From: a virus
Taxonomy: Duplodnaviria > Caudoviricetes
DNA length: 26,925 nt
Strand: one strand, 5' to 3'
Virus record (IMG/VR): IMGVR_UViG_3300006120_000077
Coordinates: 1-26,925 of that record
Position 1 is the first letter of the stretch. Each line of letters begins with the position of its first letter. The notes under the pieces are model-generated. The model made no database searches and was not told where the DNA came from. It worked only from the letters and a program-made list of their open reading frames with translations. Positions 17,068-26,392 of this stretch are shown here, piece after piece. A program made the position numbers and the translations under genes.

Positions 17068-17529
17068 TTAAGATATAATGTTTCCGTTTGAATCTAACTT
17101 AGGTATCTTAGGAACTTCCCAGTTCAAATAGTCCGTTACCGTATAATCCTGCAATTGGGCAAGATAATTGTTATATGCCATTTTTTGTGCATCAGTTGTA
17201 GATAGGTCTGCAATTAAAGTATTCACTTTTGATGTCCGCGTTGTTTTAATATCAGCAATCACCTGATCAATATTTGCTTTAATTGCAGATATCTCATCAT
17301 CTGGTTTTGCCGTAATAAGCCAAACATCTTGCCAAATGTTATCAATTTTTTGATATATTGGTTCAAAACTAACATTCTCAAAAGTATTAGGAATAGGTAT
17401 AGAAGTACGATTAAATGGCTGATATTTCTCAGGAATACCATTTGGGAAAATATCAATAAGATTTTCTTCCAGCATTGGATGGTTTACTGGATTACCTTCT
17501 TCGTCAATTTGAATATACCAATTGGACAT
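17068..17529 (-). CDS. Hypothetical protein, possible tail fibre assembly chaperone
   Basis: 153 aa, acidic; GNPVNHP N-terminus, WQDVW, C-terminal YLAQLQD...W..PKIP resembling Tfa-type C-termini; coupled to the adhesin gene. Confidence 0.55.
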   Translation of the reverse strand: MSNWYIQIDEEGNPVNHPMLEENLIDIFPNGIPEKYQPFNRTSIPIPNTFENVSFEPIYQKIDNIWQDVWLITAKPDDEISAIKANIDQVIADIKTTRTSKVNTLIADLSTTDAQKMAYNNYLAQLQDYTVTDYLNWEVPKIPKLDSNGNIIS

Positions 17530-18416
17530 TATGGGCTACCTGCTGATGTTGATGGGAATGAACGACTGCAACCGGGCCACATGATACGAACAGCGCCAAC
17601 TGCTCCCGCAGCGCCTTTAAAACAAACGTAACCGCAGCAGCAATAAGCACCACCACCACCGCCGCCAGCGCCGTATGAACCCGCTGGTCCACCAGTTTTA
17701 CCGTTTGTTGAGCCGTTGCCGCCACCCGATCCTCCGCCACCAGTTTTTGTACCGTTAGAACCTTGCCCTAAAACTCCAACGCCGCCTCCACCTTGGCCTC
17801 CGCAACTGGAACCAATACCTCCTCTGCCGCCACCACCAGCGCCGCTAACACCCGCTGTGGAATTATCACCGGGATAATTCCCGCCGCAACCACCGCCAGA
17901 AACGCTTCCGCAATATCCACCTGCTCCGCCACCGCCGCCACCAGCGCCACCGTTACCCCCGACATATCCACGTCCGCCTTTTCCGCCGGGCGCACCATTA
18001 GTCCCGCCATGCCCTCCCCCGGTTCCTCCACATGCAGGTGCCGAAGACCTTCCGCCATTTCCGCCACTTCCATAAACAACACCAGTACTAACAAAATAAC
18101 TTGTTCCGCCAGCACCTCCGCCACCCCCAATAGGGCCAGCATTTCCGGCACCGCCTACTACAACAGTATATGTGTTTCCGGGAATTGTTGTATAGTTATT
18201 ATAATATCCTAAACCAGCGCCGCCACCGCCGCCGCCGCCATTGGACGCTGCGCTTCCGGCACCGCCGCCGCCACCGCCAACGGTTACAATTGAAACAGAT
18301 CGGACACAAGCAGGGGCCGTCCAACTGAAAGGCCCAGCAGAATTATATGTTATTGATCCGGGAGGTGCCGCAGGAGCCTTTCCAACCGTCGTAAAAAAAT
18401 TTTGCATAATAGTCAT
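17529..18416 (-). CDS. Glycine-rich adhesin / receptor-binding tip protein
   Basis: 295 aa; WTAPACVRSVSIVTVGGGGGGAG, many GGxGGxG runs, GAVRIMWPG end; lies immediately downstream of the long fibre, like T-even gp38 adhesins. Confidence 0.7.
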   Translation of the reverse strand: MTIMQNFFTTVGKAPAAPPGSITYNSAGPFSWTAPACVRSVSIVTVGGGGGGAGSAASNGGGGGGGAGLGYYNNYTTIPGNTYTVVVGGAGNAGPIGGGGGAGGTSYFVSTGVVYGSGGNGGRSSAPACGGTGGGHGGTNGAPGGKGGRGYVGGNGGAGGGGGGAGGYCGSVSGGGCGGNYPGDNSTAGVSGAGGGGRGGIGSSCGGQGGGGVGVLGQGSNGTKTGGGGSGGGNGSTNGKTGGPAGSYGAGGGGGGAYCCCGYVCFKGAAGAVGAVRIMWPGCSRSFPSTSAGSP

Positions 18417-18417
18417 G

Positions 18418-21400
18418 TTACGTCAGCCCTGCGCCTGAAATTACAGCGTTAGAAGATGTGATAAAGATTATAGTGCAAATTCCGTATAATCCAAGCGTCC
18501 TATTGCCAGTTGTGGATGACGATTGACCCGCCCACTGCATCGTAACGCCCGTTCCCTGCGTAATGGTTTGGCTGCTACCTGAGTTATTGTAGATAGTAAC
18601 AATGTTACCCGCTGACAAGATTGAGTTGGGGACAGTCACGCCGCCAGTGGTGATTGATATGGTTTTACCCGCATCACCCGCCACAAGTGTATACCCAGTC
18701 GTCTGAGAGTTAATGGTTGAACCTGTACCTGCAACCGTGACAGCGCCCGATGCGTTGGTAATGGTAATACCCGCACCCGCCGTTAACGTAGCAGCCGTAT
18801 AGTTTGTGCCGTTACCAATTGGAATCTGGCCGTTGGATGGCGTGGTTGTAATACCCGTACCACCGTTACCAACTGGCAATGTGCCTGTTACACCAGCCGT
18901 TAGTGACACCTGACCCCACGAAGGCGCAGAACTTGTCGTGGCGATCAATACCTGACCAGTCGTACCTGCGGCGGTGACGCCCAATGCACTTGTTGTGTTG
19001 CCGTAAATAACCCCGTTGGCGGTAAATGTACCCGCCCCCGTACCACCGTTGGTAACCGTCAACGTACCGCTTACGTTGGTGTTGGCCGTACCAAGGGCAA
19101 GCGTTCCAAATGCAGGTGCGCTTGATCCCGCAGAAATCAAAGGTTGACCAGAAGTACCCGCCGCAGAATAAGCATGAGCCGTACCCGTGCCGTATCCAAC
19201 ACCGCCAGCCGTTGGGGTTGCGGTGCTATTTGTACCACCCGATGCAATTGGAAGCGTTCCGGTTGTTAATGCGGACGTAGATGTCGCATAAACCGCACCA
19301 CCAGAAGTAAACGATGTAAGACCAGTGCCACCCGCCGCAGTTGGAAGTGTACCCGCCGTCAATACGGATGCGGATGTTGAGTAGATGGCATTGTTGGCGG
19401 CAGTAAAGGTAGTCAACCCAGTACCACCGTTACCCGTTGCAAGTGTACCAGCAAGGGTTACAGCGCCTGTTGTCCCAGATGACGGCGTAAGACCTGTCGT
19501 ACCCGCAGAGAATGATGTTACACCAGAGCCAGATGGAATGGTTGACGACCAAGACGGTGCGCCGCCTGTGTTGCCAATTAGAACTTGTCCAGTAGTACCA
19601 GCGGCGGTTGTTGCCATTGCGGATGTGGTTGATCCATACACAACGCCATATTGCGTTAATGCAGAAGCCTGACCCGTTCCGCCATTTGCTACAGGTAGCG
19701 TACCCGTAACCGCCGTTGTAAGGGAGACTTGACCCCAAGAAGGAGCCACGCCCACGCCGCCAGACAATAACACATTACCCGTTGCTACATCCGCAAGACG
19801 GGATAAGGTCGTTGTTCCGGAAGCATAAAGAAGATCGCCAACTGCGTATGTCGTAAGGCCAGTGCCGCCATTACCAACTGGCAATGTACCCGTGACGCCT
19901 GTGGTTAAAGATACTTGCGACCATGTTGGGGCAGCGGATGCGCCGCCAGAAGTAAGCACATACCCAGATGTGCCATATGTAGCGCCGCCAATACCCAACT
20001 GACCTGCAGGGCCAAAACGGAAGGCTTCAGCAATTGCGTTGCTGCCCGTTGGTGTGGTGTAAATACCCGCATACGTACCCTGCGCCGTATCCGTAAAGTT
20101 TTCCGCCGCAGAGAATGCAATGTACCCTGTAGACGCCGTGCCAAATCCAGTTGCGCCGTAACCACGGGCTGTAAATTGTGCCAAGAAATCGCCGGACTGC
20201 GATGCTGTAGGAGATGCAGCCGTGCCACGGGCTTGTCGTGCCGTGAACACGCCGTAAGCGCCAGTACCGTAAGCATCTTGCGTAATACGGGTGTTGGCGG
20301 CGTTTGCACCAACAATATACAAGTCTGTACCCGCAGGTAGCGTGGCCGTGGGTGTGGTCGTCTGAGTATTGGAAAGAATTGTTAACTGCGTCTGTGGCGT
20401 AGCCGTGTTAATGCCCAAGCGGTTATTGGTATTGTCCCAAAAGAACTTAGCATTGTTCTGGCTGTAAACGCCGGACGCACCAGCGAACACGACAGAGCCA
20501 GTGGTAAATGCCGTTGAGGTACCCGTGCCGCCATTGGCAACGCCCAAAGTTCCAGTAACACCTGTTGTTAAAGGAAGACCCGTAGCATTAGTTAGCACAA
20601 GCGCAGTTGGCGTTCCCAGTGCTGGAGTTACAAGTGTTGGCGACGTAGAAAGAACAACTGAACCAGAACCTGTGGAAGTTGTTACACCTGTGCCACCTGC
20701 CAAAACAGGCAATGTACCAGCCGTTAAAGCAGATGAAGATGTTGAATAAATAGCATTATTGGCTGCTGTAAATGTGGTTAAACCAGTTCCACCATATCCA
20801 GTTGCGATAGTTGTTCCGTTCCAAACACCCGCAGTAATTGCGCCGCTTGTGCCAATCGTCATGGCATCCGTTGCGCCGTTATTGATCACAAAATGAATGG
20901 CGTTGCTTGTTGTCGTACCGATAGCAAGGTCAGCGGATGTAGCATCAAGATAAACAGTATTAGGTGCGTTAAATGCGCCTGATCCTGCAAATGTTGAAGA
21001 ATTCATTCCCAATTCGCCATAATACGTTGATGACGTACCAAGGTTGTTGGAAACAATAAAGTTTGTGGATGCCACGTTGCCAGAGTTGGTGTTTTGAAGC
21101 ACCATTTCGTTGTAGGCGTTTACGCTATTGGTATAAGACGCAAAGATATTCGTATCGCTATAGCCAAGAGTACCGTAACTATAAGCACCTGCGTTTAGCG
21201 CACTGGCAAGCGAACCATTGGCCGTCACATAGGTAAACGCACCCGTGGAAGGCGTTGTTGCACCCACCGTGCCATTGATGCCGCTGACCCAAGAAGCAGT
21301 CGTGCCATTGGATGTCAGAAGTTGATTAGCCGTTCCAATACCCAAGCGGGTTGCACTGTTCGCGCCGTTTCCAATAATCAAGTCGCCAGTTGTGGTAATT

Positions 21401-23889
21401 GGCGAAAGCGCATTGAATGCAGCAGATGCAGTCGTCTGGCCCGTGCCGCCAAACGAAATACCAACCGTGCTTAAGCCAATCGTATTACCCGTTTTGGTAA
21501 TTGGGGCAGATACGGCAATATTACCAGCAGAAGATGTCTGAACCCACACAAGGGCAGTCGAACCAACTGTAATTGTGCCAGTCGTATTCATAACCCATGA
21601 GGTTGAACCCCACGTTGTGCCGCTTGAAACAAATACGCCAGCGCCCGTTTCAATGTAATTTGGCCCTGTTCCAACCGTGTTAAAGTCCGTGGAGCGGGTA
21701 AGAACCCAATTTGTTGAGCCAGAACCTTGGTTGGTGACAACATAAATACCGTTTTGCAGACCACTTGATTGGTTCTTGACCAGAACGCGGGTGGCGTTGG
21801 TAACGTCTGTGGCAGTGAAAGTATAGCCGTCAATCGTCAATGCGGCTTGTGTGCCAGCATTTGTAATCGTAGCGCCAACGCCAGATGTGCCGTTATTGTA
21901 TGTTACCGTGCCAAGGTCTGCGGTGGTTGCATAGCCAACGGCGGTGTGGAATGTCGTGTTGCTGACTGACGCAACCTGACCATCAACATACTGCTTGGTA
22001 GATAATTGCAATGCGGAAACTGGGTCTTGCGTAACCGTAACGGTTGTCAAACCAGACAGTGTGGTTGCTGTAGCACCCAGTGATATAGAAGTTGAGCCAA
22101 GCGTAATAGATGAATTGGTCAACCCGGCATTAGGGATGGTAGCCGATGCCGTAACCGCGCCCGTGCCGTTACCAAATAGGTAGCCACTAAGCGTAGAAGC
22201 GCCCGTGCCGCCATTGGCGACAGGAAGAACACCAGTGACGCCTGTTGTGAGCGGCAAGCCTGTAGCATTGGTTAAGATAGCCGCAGATGGTGTGCCAAGG
22301 GCTGGCGTAAGAAGTGTTGGCGAATTTGACAACACCAATGAACCAGTTCCCGTGGACGTTGTTACTCCAGTGCCACCTGCCGATACTGGCAATGTCCCTG
22401 ATGCAAGAGCGGAAGAAGATGTTGCGTATAAAGCGCCACCAGATGTAAATGATGTAAGGCCAGTGCCGCCATTCGTCGTTCCAAGCGTACCCGTAACGCC
22501 CGTTGTTAAAGGGAGACCTGTTACGTTTGTCATAACGCCTGATGACGGTGTACCAAGAGCCGGAGTGACTAAAGTTGGCGAAGTTGATAAAACAACGCTA
22601 CCAGTACCCGTGGATGTTGTTGTCCCTGTGCCACCCGCAGTTACAGGCAATGTGCCTGTAGTAAGAACAGATGCTGACGTTGCATACATTGCCCCGCCAG
22701 ACGTAAACGACGTAAGACCCGTACCACCATTGGTTGTGCCAAGCGTACCACTTACATGAGTAGAAAGACCAATTTTACCCCAAGACGGAGCAACACCGAC
22801 CCCTCCAGAAATAATAGCACTGCCAGTAGCCACGTCATTAAGACGGGCCAAGGTGGTAGATGACGAAGCATAAAGAATGTCACCTGTTGTATACGATCCA
22901 TAACCTGTTCCGCCCTCTGTTTCAGCAAGAGGAGTAGTCAGACCAGTTAAGCTGGTAATGTCGCTATTTGCGCCAGAAGCCGCCGCACCAAGATTAGTAC
23001 GCGCACCCGATGCGGTAGTTGCACCAGTTCCGCCGTAAGTAATTGCGATTGGCGACCCTTGCCACGTACCGGAGGTTACAGTGGTAAGATTTGTGTTACC
23101 TGTTGCCGTAAGCGCAGTAAAAGTTGCTGCGGCAGGAGTTGTCCCGCCAATTGTTGTGGCATTAATTGTGCCGCCTGTAATCGCTACAGCGTTAGCATTT
23201 TGCGTTGCCATTGTCCCCAAACCAGAAACTTGGCTTGGAGAAATAGAAATACTGGTATTTGTCGCAGACGTGATTTGGCCTTGCGAATTAATTGCAAGAA
23301 CAGGAACAACCGATGCGGAGCCGTAAGTAGACGCCGTTACCCCAGTTGTGGCAATAGAAATTGTGCCGGAAGATGTAATGGTCCCACCGGACAAACCCGT
23401 ACCAGCCGTAATAGAAGTGACGGAACCAGTTCCATAACCTTGCGATTTAACAAATTGTGTTGTCGCAAGAGTAGTGCTTGCATCACTTGTTAAAGGCGTA
23501 GGGGCAGTGGGTACGCCTGTAAATGCTGGAGAAGCCAAAGGAGCCGCCCCAAGCATCGTCATTGTTTGAGCAACCGTTAAATCCGTTGGATTGGCGGCAG
23601 AACCCGTATTGTTGCCTTTGATGGTGTTAGATGCCATTGTTGATAAGTACGAATTGGTAATGCTGCTGGTCGTTAAGCCAATCGTACCGGATGATGTGAT
23701 AGTGCCGCCAGACAATGGAGACTGGGCGGTAATAGAAGTAATGCCCGTAATTGGGTACGTTGTTTGCGTATATTTCGCAATCTGGTCTACGGTCAGATAA
23801 ACAGTAGTACCCGCTTGCACCGCAGGAACTTGGCTGCTGGCTTGCGCAGCCGTTACAGATGGTAAATTGGAAATGGAAACATTTGACAT
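18418..23889 (-). CDS. Long tail fibre protein
   Basis: 1823 aa, dominated by Thr/Gly/Ser/Ala; about 18 GTLPVxxGGTG repeats; fibre motifs LASPAFTGVPTAPT...ATTQFVK, STKQYVD and RVLVKNQ...NGIYVV. Confidence 0.9.
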   Translation of the reverse strand: MSNVSISNLPSVTAAQASSQVPAVQAGTTVYLTVDQIAKYTQTTYPITGITSITAQSPLSGGTITSSGTIGLTTSSITNSYLSTMASNTIKGNNTGSAANPTDLTVAQTMTMLGAAPLASPAFTGVPTAPTPLTSDASTTLATTQFVKSQGYGTGSVTSITAGTGLSGGTITSSGTISIATTGVTASTYGSASVVPVLAINSQGQITSATNTSISISPSQVSGLGTMATQNANAVAITGGTINATTIGGTTPAAATFTALTATGNTNLTTVTSGTWQGSPIAITYGGTGATTASGARTNLGAAASGANSDITSLTGLTTPLAETEGGTGYGSYTTGDILYASSSTTLARLNDVATGSAIISGGVGVAPSWGKIGLSTHVSGTLGTTNGGTGLTSFTSGGAMYATSASVLTTGTLPVTAGGTGTTTSTGTGSVVLSTSPTLVTPALGTPSSGVMTNVTGLPLTTGVTGTLGTTNGGTGLTSFTSGGALYATSSSALASGTLPVSAGGTGVTTSTGTGSLVLSNSPTLLTPALGTPSAAILTNATGLPLTTGVTGVLPVANGGTGASTLSGYLFGNGTGAVTASATIPNAGLTNSSITLGSTSISLGATATTLSGLTTVTVTQDPVSALQLSTKQYVDGQVASVSNTTFHTAVGYATTADLGTVTYNNGTSGVGATITNAGTQAALTIDGYTFTATDVTNATRVLVKNQSSGLQNGIYVVTNQGSGSTNWVLTRSTDFNTVGTGPNYIETGAGVFVSSGTTWGSTSWVMNTTGTITVGSTALVWVQTSSAGNIAVSAPITKTGNTIGLSTVGISFGGTGQTTASAAFNALSPITTTGDLIIGNGANSATRLGIGTANQLLTSNGTTASWVSGINGTVGATTPSTGAFTYVTANGSLASALNAGAYSYGTLGYSDTNIFASYTNSVNAYNEMVLQNTNSGNVASTNFIVSNNLGTSSTYYGELGMNSSTFAGSGAFNAPNTVYLDATSADLAIGTTTSNAIHFVINNGATDAMTIGTSGAITAGVWNGTTIATGYGGTGLTTFTAANNAIYSTSSSALTAGTLPVLAGGTGVTTSTGSGSVVLSTSPTLVTPALGTPTALVLTNATGLPLTTGVTGTLGVANGGTGTSTAFTTGSVVFAGASGVYSQNNAKFFWDNTNNRLGINTATPQTQLTILSNTQTTTPTATLPAGTDLYIVGANAANTRITQDAYGTGAYGVFTARQARGTAASPTASQSGDFLAQFTARGYGATGFGTASTGYIAFSAAENFTDTAQGTYAGIYTTPTGSNAIAEAFRFGPAGQLGIGGATYGTSGYVLTSGGASAAPTWSQVSLTTGVTGTLPVGNGGTGLTTYAVGDLLYASGTTTLSRLADVATGNVLLSGGVGVAPSWGQVSLTTAVTGTLPVANGGTGQASALTQYGVVYGSTTSAMATTAAGTTGQVLIGNTGGAPSWSSTIPSGSGVTSFSAGTTGLTPSSGTTGAVTLAGTLATGNGGTGLTTFTAANNAIYSTSASVLTAGTLPTAAGGTGLTSFTSGGAVYATSTSALTTGTLPIASGGTNSTATPTAGGVGYGTGTAHAYSAAGTSGQPLISAGSSAPAFGTLALGTANTNVSGTLTVTNGGTGAGTFTANGVIYGNTTSALGVTAAGTTGQVLIATTSSAPSWGQVSLTAGVTGTLPVGNGGTGITTTPSNGQIPIGNGTNYTAATLTAGAGITITNASGAVTVAGTGSTINSQTTGYTLVAGDAGKTISITTGGVTVPNSILSAGNIVTIYNNSGSSQTITQGTGVTMQWAGQSSSTTGNRTLGLYGICTIIFITSSNAVISGAGLT
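22223..22748 (-). repeat. Tandem 258-nt (86-aa) duplication inside the long fibre, with a further partial copy near 20550-20790
   Basis: ccaagcgtac occurs at 22481 and 22739; GTLGTTNGGTGLTSFTSGGA...GLPLTTGV is repeated. Confidence 0.8.
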
Positions 23890-24618
23890 TTACGCACCTG
23901 TCTGAACGATTTGTGTGTACTGCGGCGGTATACCAACGGACGCTGTTACTATACGTGTATTTGCCCCCAAAAGTCCACCAGAAGGTATAGCTTTGTTGGC
24001 TTGATATGTGAAGACTGTAGCTGACAAAACAGTAATGCTAAACATCCCCATAGCATCATTATTTGTCGTACCCGTAACTGATATCTGGCTATTAGTTACA
24101 AGGCTATTTGCGGTAGAAAGTGTTACGGTAATAGTAGTTGTGCCGTTGGCGGTGATAGACACAACGGGCAAAAGTACATCAAAAACCGTCTGGTTGATTA
24201 GTGGCATTAATGCATTTGGATCAAGGTCCGCTGGCTTTCCAATAGGCTGAACCGTAAGGTTTTGACCGCTTTCCGTAATCAAATCCACGTTATTGGGAAC
24301 AGGAATGCCTGTTTGGGTATTAATGGTAAAGCCGGGTTCCGCCAGATTACTGGTATTGTATATGTCATACGAATCTGGGCGGGCGTTCAACACAGGAACT
24401 GGGTCTTGTGTAGTCAAAATAGGCTTTAACTGCGCCTGTGGCTTGTCATAGCATTTTTCGCACACCAAAAATCGCAGGTTCTGCAATTGCGGGCCACGAA
24501 AATCAAACTGCCATTTCAATGCTTTATGGTTGTAAATAAAGCCGCAACGGTCACACCGCCCCCATGCTGATGGTGCGCTTGGATTAACAAAAGCATGGCC
24601 GTGGGGACGGTACGCCAT
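23890..24618 (-). CDS. Virion-module protein with N-terminal Zn ribbon and C-terminal beta-barrel domain
   Basis: 242 aa; CDRCG...VCEKCYDKPQ and ARPD motif; Thr/Ser-rich beta C-terminus. Confidence 0.7.
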   Translation of the reverse strand: MAYRPHGHAFVNPSAPSAWGRCDRCGFIYNHKALKWQFDFRGPQLQNLRFLVCEKCYDKPQAQLKPILTTQDPVPVLNARPDSYDIYNTSNLAEPGFTINTQTGIPVPNNVDLITESGQNLTVQPIGKPADLDPNALMPLINQTVFDVLLPVVSITANGTTTITVTLSTANSLVTNSQISVTGTTNNDAMGMFSITVLSATVFTYQANKAIPSGGLLGANTRIVTASVGIPPQYTQIVQTGA

Positions 24619-24620
24619 GA

Positions 24621-25319
24621 CTACGACACCCTAAAGTAGCCAGAAAGTCCGGGCATAATATACAAGGGAACGTTTTCCGTATCCTGTGTAGCAGCTATCA
24701 TATACGCTTGCTGGGCCTTAGCCTCCAACATTTGCATACGATCCGGCGCATAAATAGCCGCCAAACGTGCTGCCAAACCAGATGCCAAAGCGTCTAACCA
24801 ACGATATGGGATGTCAACCGTCTGTGCGTCCGTTAATTCAGCATCTTGAATCTGCGTCACCGCATAATAGTTCAACGTATAAACATTACTTTGATCAGGA
24901 ACGGGCCACAATGTAACCGTTGGGTTAATTAAACGGTCAAACCAGAACACCGTAGGCGGTGCTTGTTGCAACTTATTAGGCGTTTGGCTGTATTCTGTGC
25001 GGGAAATAGGCATAATAACACGGTCAAACTGCGATGAAGTGCCAGTATTCTGCTGAATAACGGCATCAAGTATCATCACAACCTTTTGCGGGACCGTATA
25101 TGTCGTTTGGCCCTGCACCAATGGCACGGAAATAAGCACAACTTCCCACAAGTTAACCCCTTGGTTAGCCCAAGAGGCAAGCATGAGGTTGGTTTCAAAC
25201 CGCGCATCCGTCATATGCTCTTGCATAATGGCGGTCCTGCGTACGCCGCAACGTGCATACGCATTCAAGACGATTTCGCCAAGCGACGGATTAAACGTAT
25301 AAGTGCCGCTGGTGGTCAT
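24621..25319 (-). CDS. Putative head-tail adaptor / head completion protein
   Basis: 232 aa; MTTSGTYTFNP, AYARCG, WANQGVNLW, ISRTEY, TLWPVPD, DIPYRWLDALASGLA; AAGGA SD upstream. Confidence 0.65.
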   Translation of the reverse strand: MTTSGTYTFNPSLGEIVLNAYARCGVRRTAIMQEHMTDARFETNLMLASWANQGVNLWEVVLISVPLVQGQTTYTVPQKVVMILDAVIQQNTGTSSQFDRVIMPISRTEYSQTPNKLQQAPPTVFWFDRLINPTVTLWPVPDQSNVYTLNYYAVTQIQDAELTDAQTVDIPYRWLDALASGLAARLAAIYAPDRMQMLEAKAQQAYMIAATQDTENVPLYIMPGLSGYFRVS

Positions 25320-25328
25320 TTTCTATCC

Positions 25329-26144
25329 TTAGAAGATAGTACCGTCGTTTGCTACTAAATAGCCGCCCGCAAAAATTGACCCAACAAATGGACCGCCAGT
25401 GTTAGATTTCATTTGGAACTGAATATCTGTGCCGCCGGGGTGCGCTGGAGCAATCGTGTATGGAATATTAAAAATTTGCACAAACGGAGATTGAGAAAGC
25501 AAAGTTGTATTGCCATTCACCGTATAAGTGTATCCATTTTCAACAACTGTGCTGGAAAGGTTAAATTTATTTAATTCCGCATAAAGCATGTAGTTGCTGG
25601 ATGTAAACCCAATGCTGGCGTTACCTTGAACATATGTCAAATAAAACGTAAAACCATTTGGAACCGTATAAATTGACATTTGCGTCTGACCAATACCCGC
25701 ATTAATTTGCGCGTAAAGAACGGTTGAAATTTTAGCGGTAATAATGCCCGCATTTAAACCATTAGTAACAAACAGCCCGTTAATGCGATAATAAGAATTA
25801 GTGGTGGTTGCTGTTCCGGACCCATTTAATGTTACAAGTTCCGAAAGAACGTTAAAACTTGAATCCAAACCATTAACTTGAACAATTAAGCCAGCGTCCG
25901 TTGCGCCAGATGCGCTAAGAAGGACAATTTGACCAGCAGAACTTGGGTACGCGTATGCGCCGCCAGATTGCGTCAAACCTTCCCACAATGGGCCAAGGGC
26001 AGTCCCTGCAACTTGTGTGCTGTACCCAAAAATCTCAACAGGCTGATGACCCGTAATTTGGTTACGTGCAACCTGCAATTCAAAAGGCTCATGCAAGCCA
26101 CGTTTAGTAACAGAATCGTTAATGACAAAGGCTTGACTGGTCAT
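25329..26144 (-). CDS. Hypothetical virion structural protein
   Basis: 271 aa, beta-rich; FELQVARNQITGH, GLD...SELVTLNG, GIGQTQMSIYTVP. Confidence 0.65.
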   Translation of the reverse strand: MTSQAFVINDSVTKRGLHEPFELQVARNQITGHQPVEIFGYSTQVAGTALGPLWEGLTQSGGAYAYPSSAGQIVLLSASGATDAGLIVQVNGLDSSFNVLSELVTLNGSGTATTTNSYYRINGLFVTNGLNAGIITAKISTVLYAQINAGIGQTQMSIYTVPNGFTFYLTYVQGNASIGFTSSNYMLYAELNKFNLSSTVVENGYTYTVNGNTTLLSQSPFVQIFNIPYTIAPAHPGGTDIQFQMKSNTGGPFVGSIFAGGYLVANDGTIF

Positions 26145-26146
26145 AA

Positions 26147-26311
26147 TTATTTACCCTTTTTACGTGCTATTGCTGCATTATCTACCAGATTTGGGTAGGG
26201 ACGGCCAGCCGCCCGTGCATGTGCTTTTGCAAGAGATTTCTGTTTGGTGGTTAAATGTTTGTGGTGTGCATCTTTTTCAGCAGGATGCTCCCAGAAAGGT
26301 TTCTTTTCCAT
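26147..26311 (-). CDS. Small basic protein (54 aa), missed by the ORF track
   Basis: Hand translation MEKKPFWEHPAEKDAHHKHLTTKQKSLAKAHARAAGRPYPNLVDNAAIARKKGK; ATG overlaps the upstream TAA and the ORF fills the gap exactly. Confidence 0.8.
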   Translation of the reverse strand: MEKKPFWEHPAEKDAHHKHLTTKQKSLAKAHARAAGRPYPNLVDNAAIARKKGK

Positions 26312-26391
26312 TATTTTTGCACCAATAAAATAATAATGATGCCGGAAAGGATAACATTGACAATTTCACCGAATGATAAACCTACAACCAT
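26311..26391 (-). CDS. 26-aa single-pass membrane microprotein, missed by the ORF track
   Basis: MVVGLSFGEIVNVILSGIIIILLVQK; starts 1 nt after the upstream stop and its TAA overlaps the next ATG. Confidence 0.6.
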   Translation of the reverse strand: MVVGLSFGEIVNVILSGIIIILLVQK

Positions 26392-26392
26392 G

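Noticed and set aside
14441-18714. Duplicated fibre C-termini as DGR target/template or invertible tail-fibre switch
   Set aside because: Differences involve all bases and include many synonymous changes; the copies are in direct orientation and no invertase or reverse transcriptase is seen.
18418-23889. Fibre repeats as a CRISPR array or as part of the GG cargo motif
   Set aside because: The repeats are degenerate at DNA level and conserved as protein; GGTG here is a structural fibre turn without the basic/aromatic context of the ejection-protein motif.
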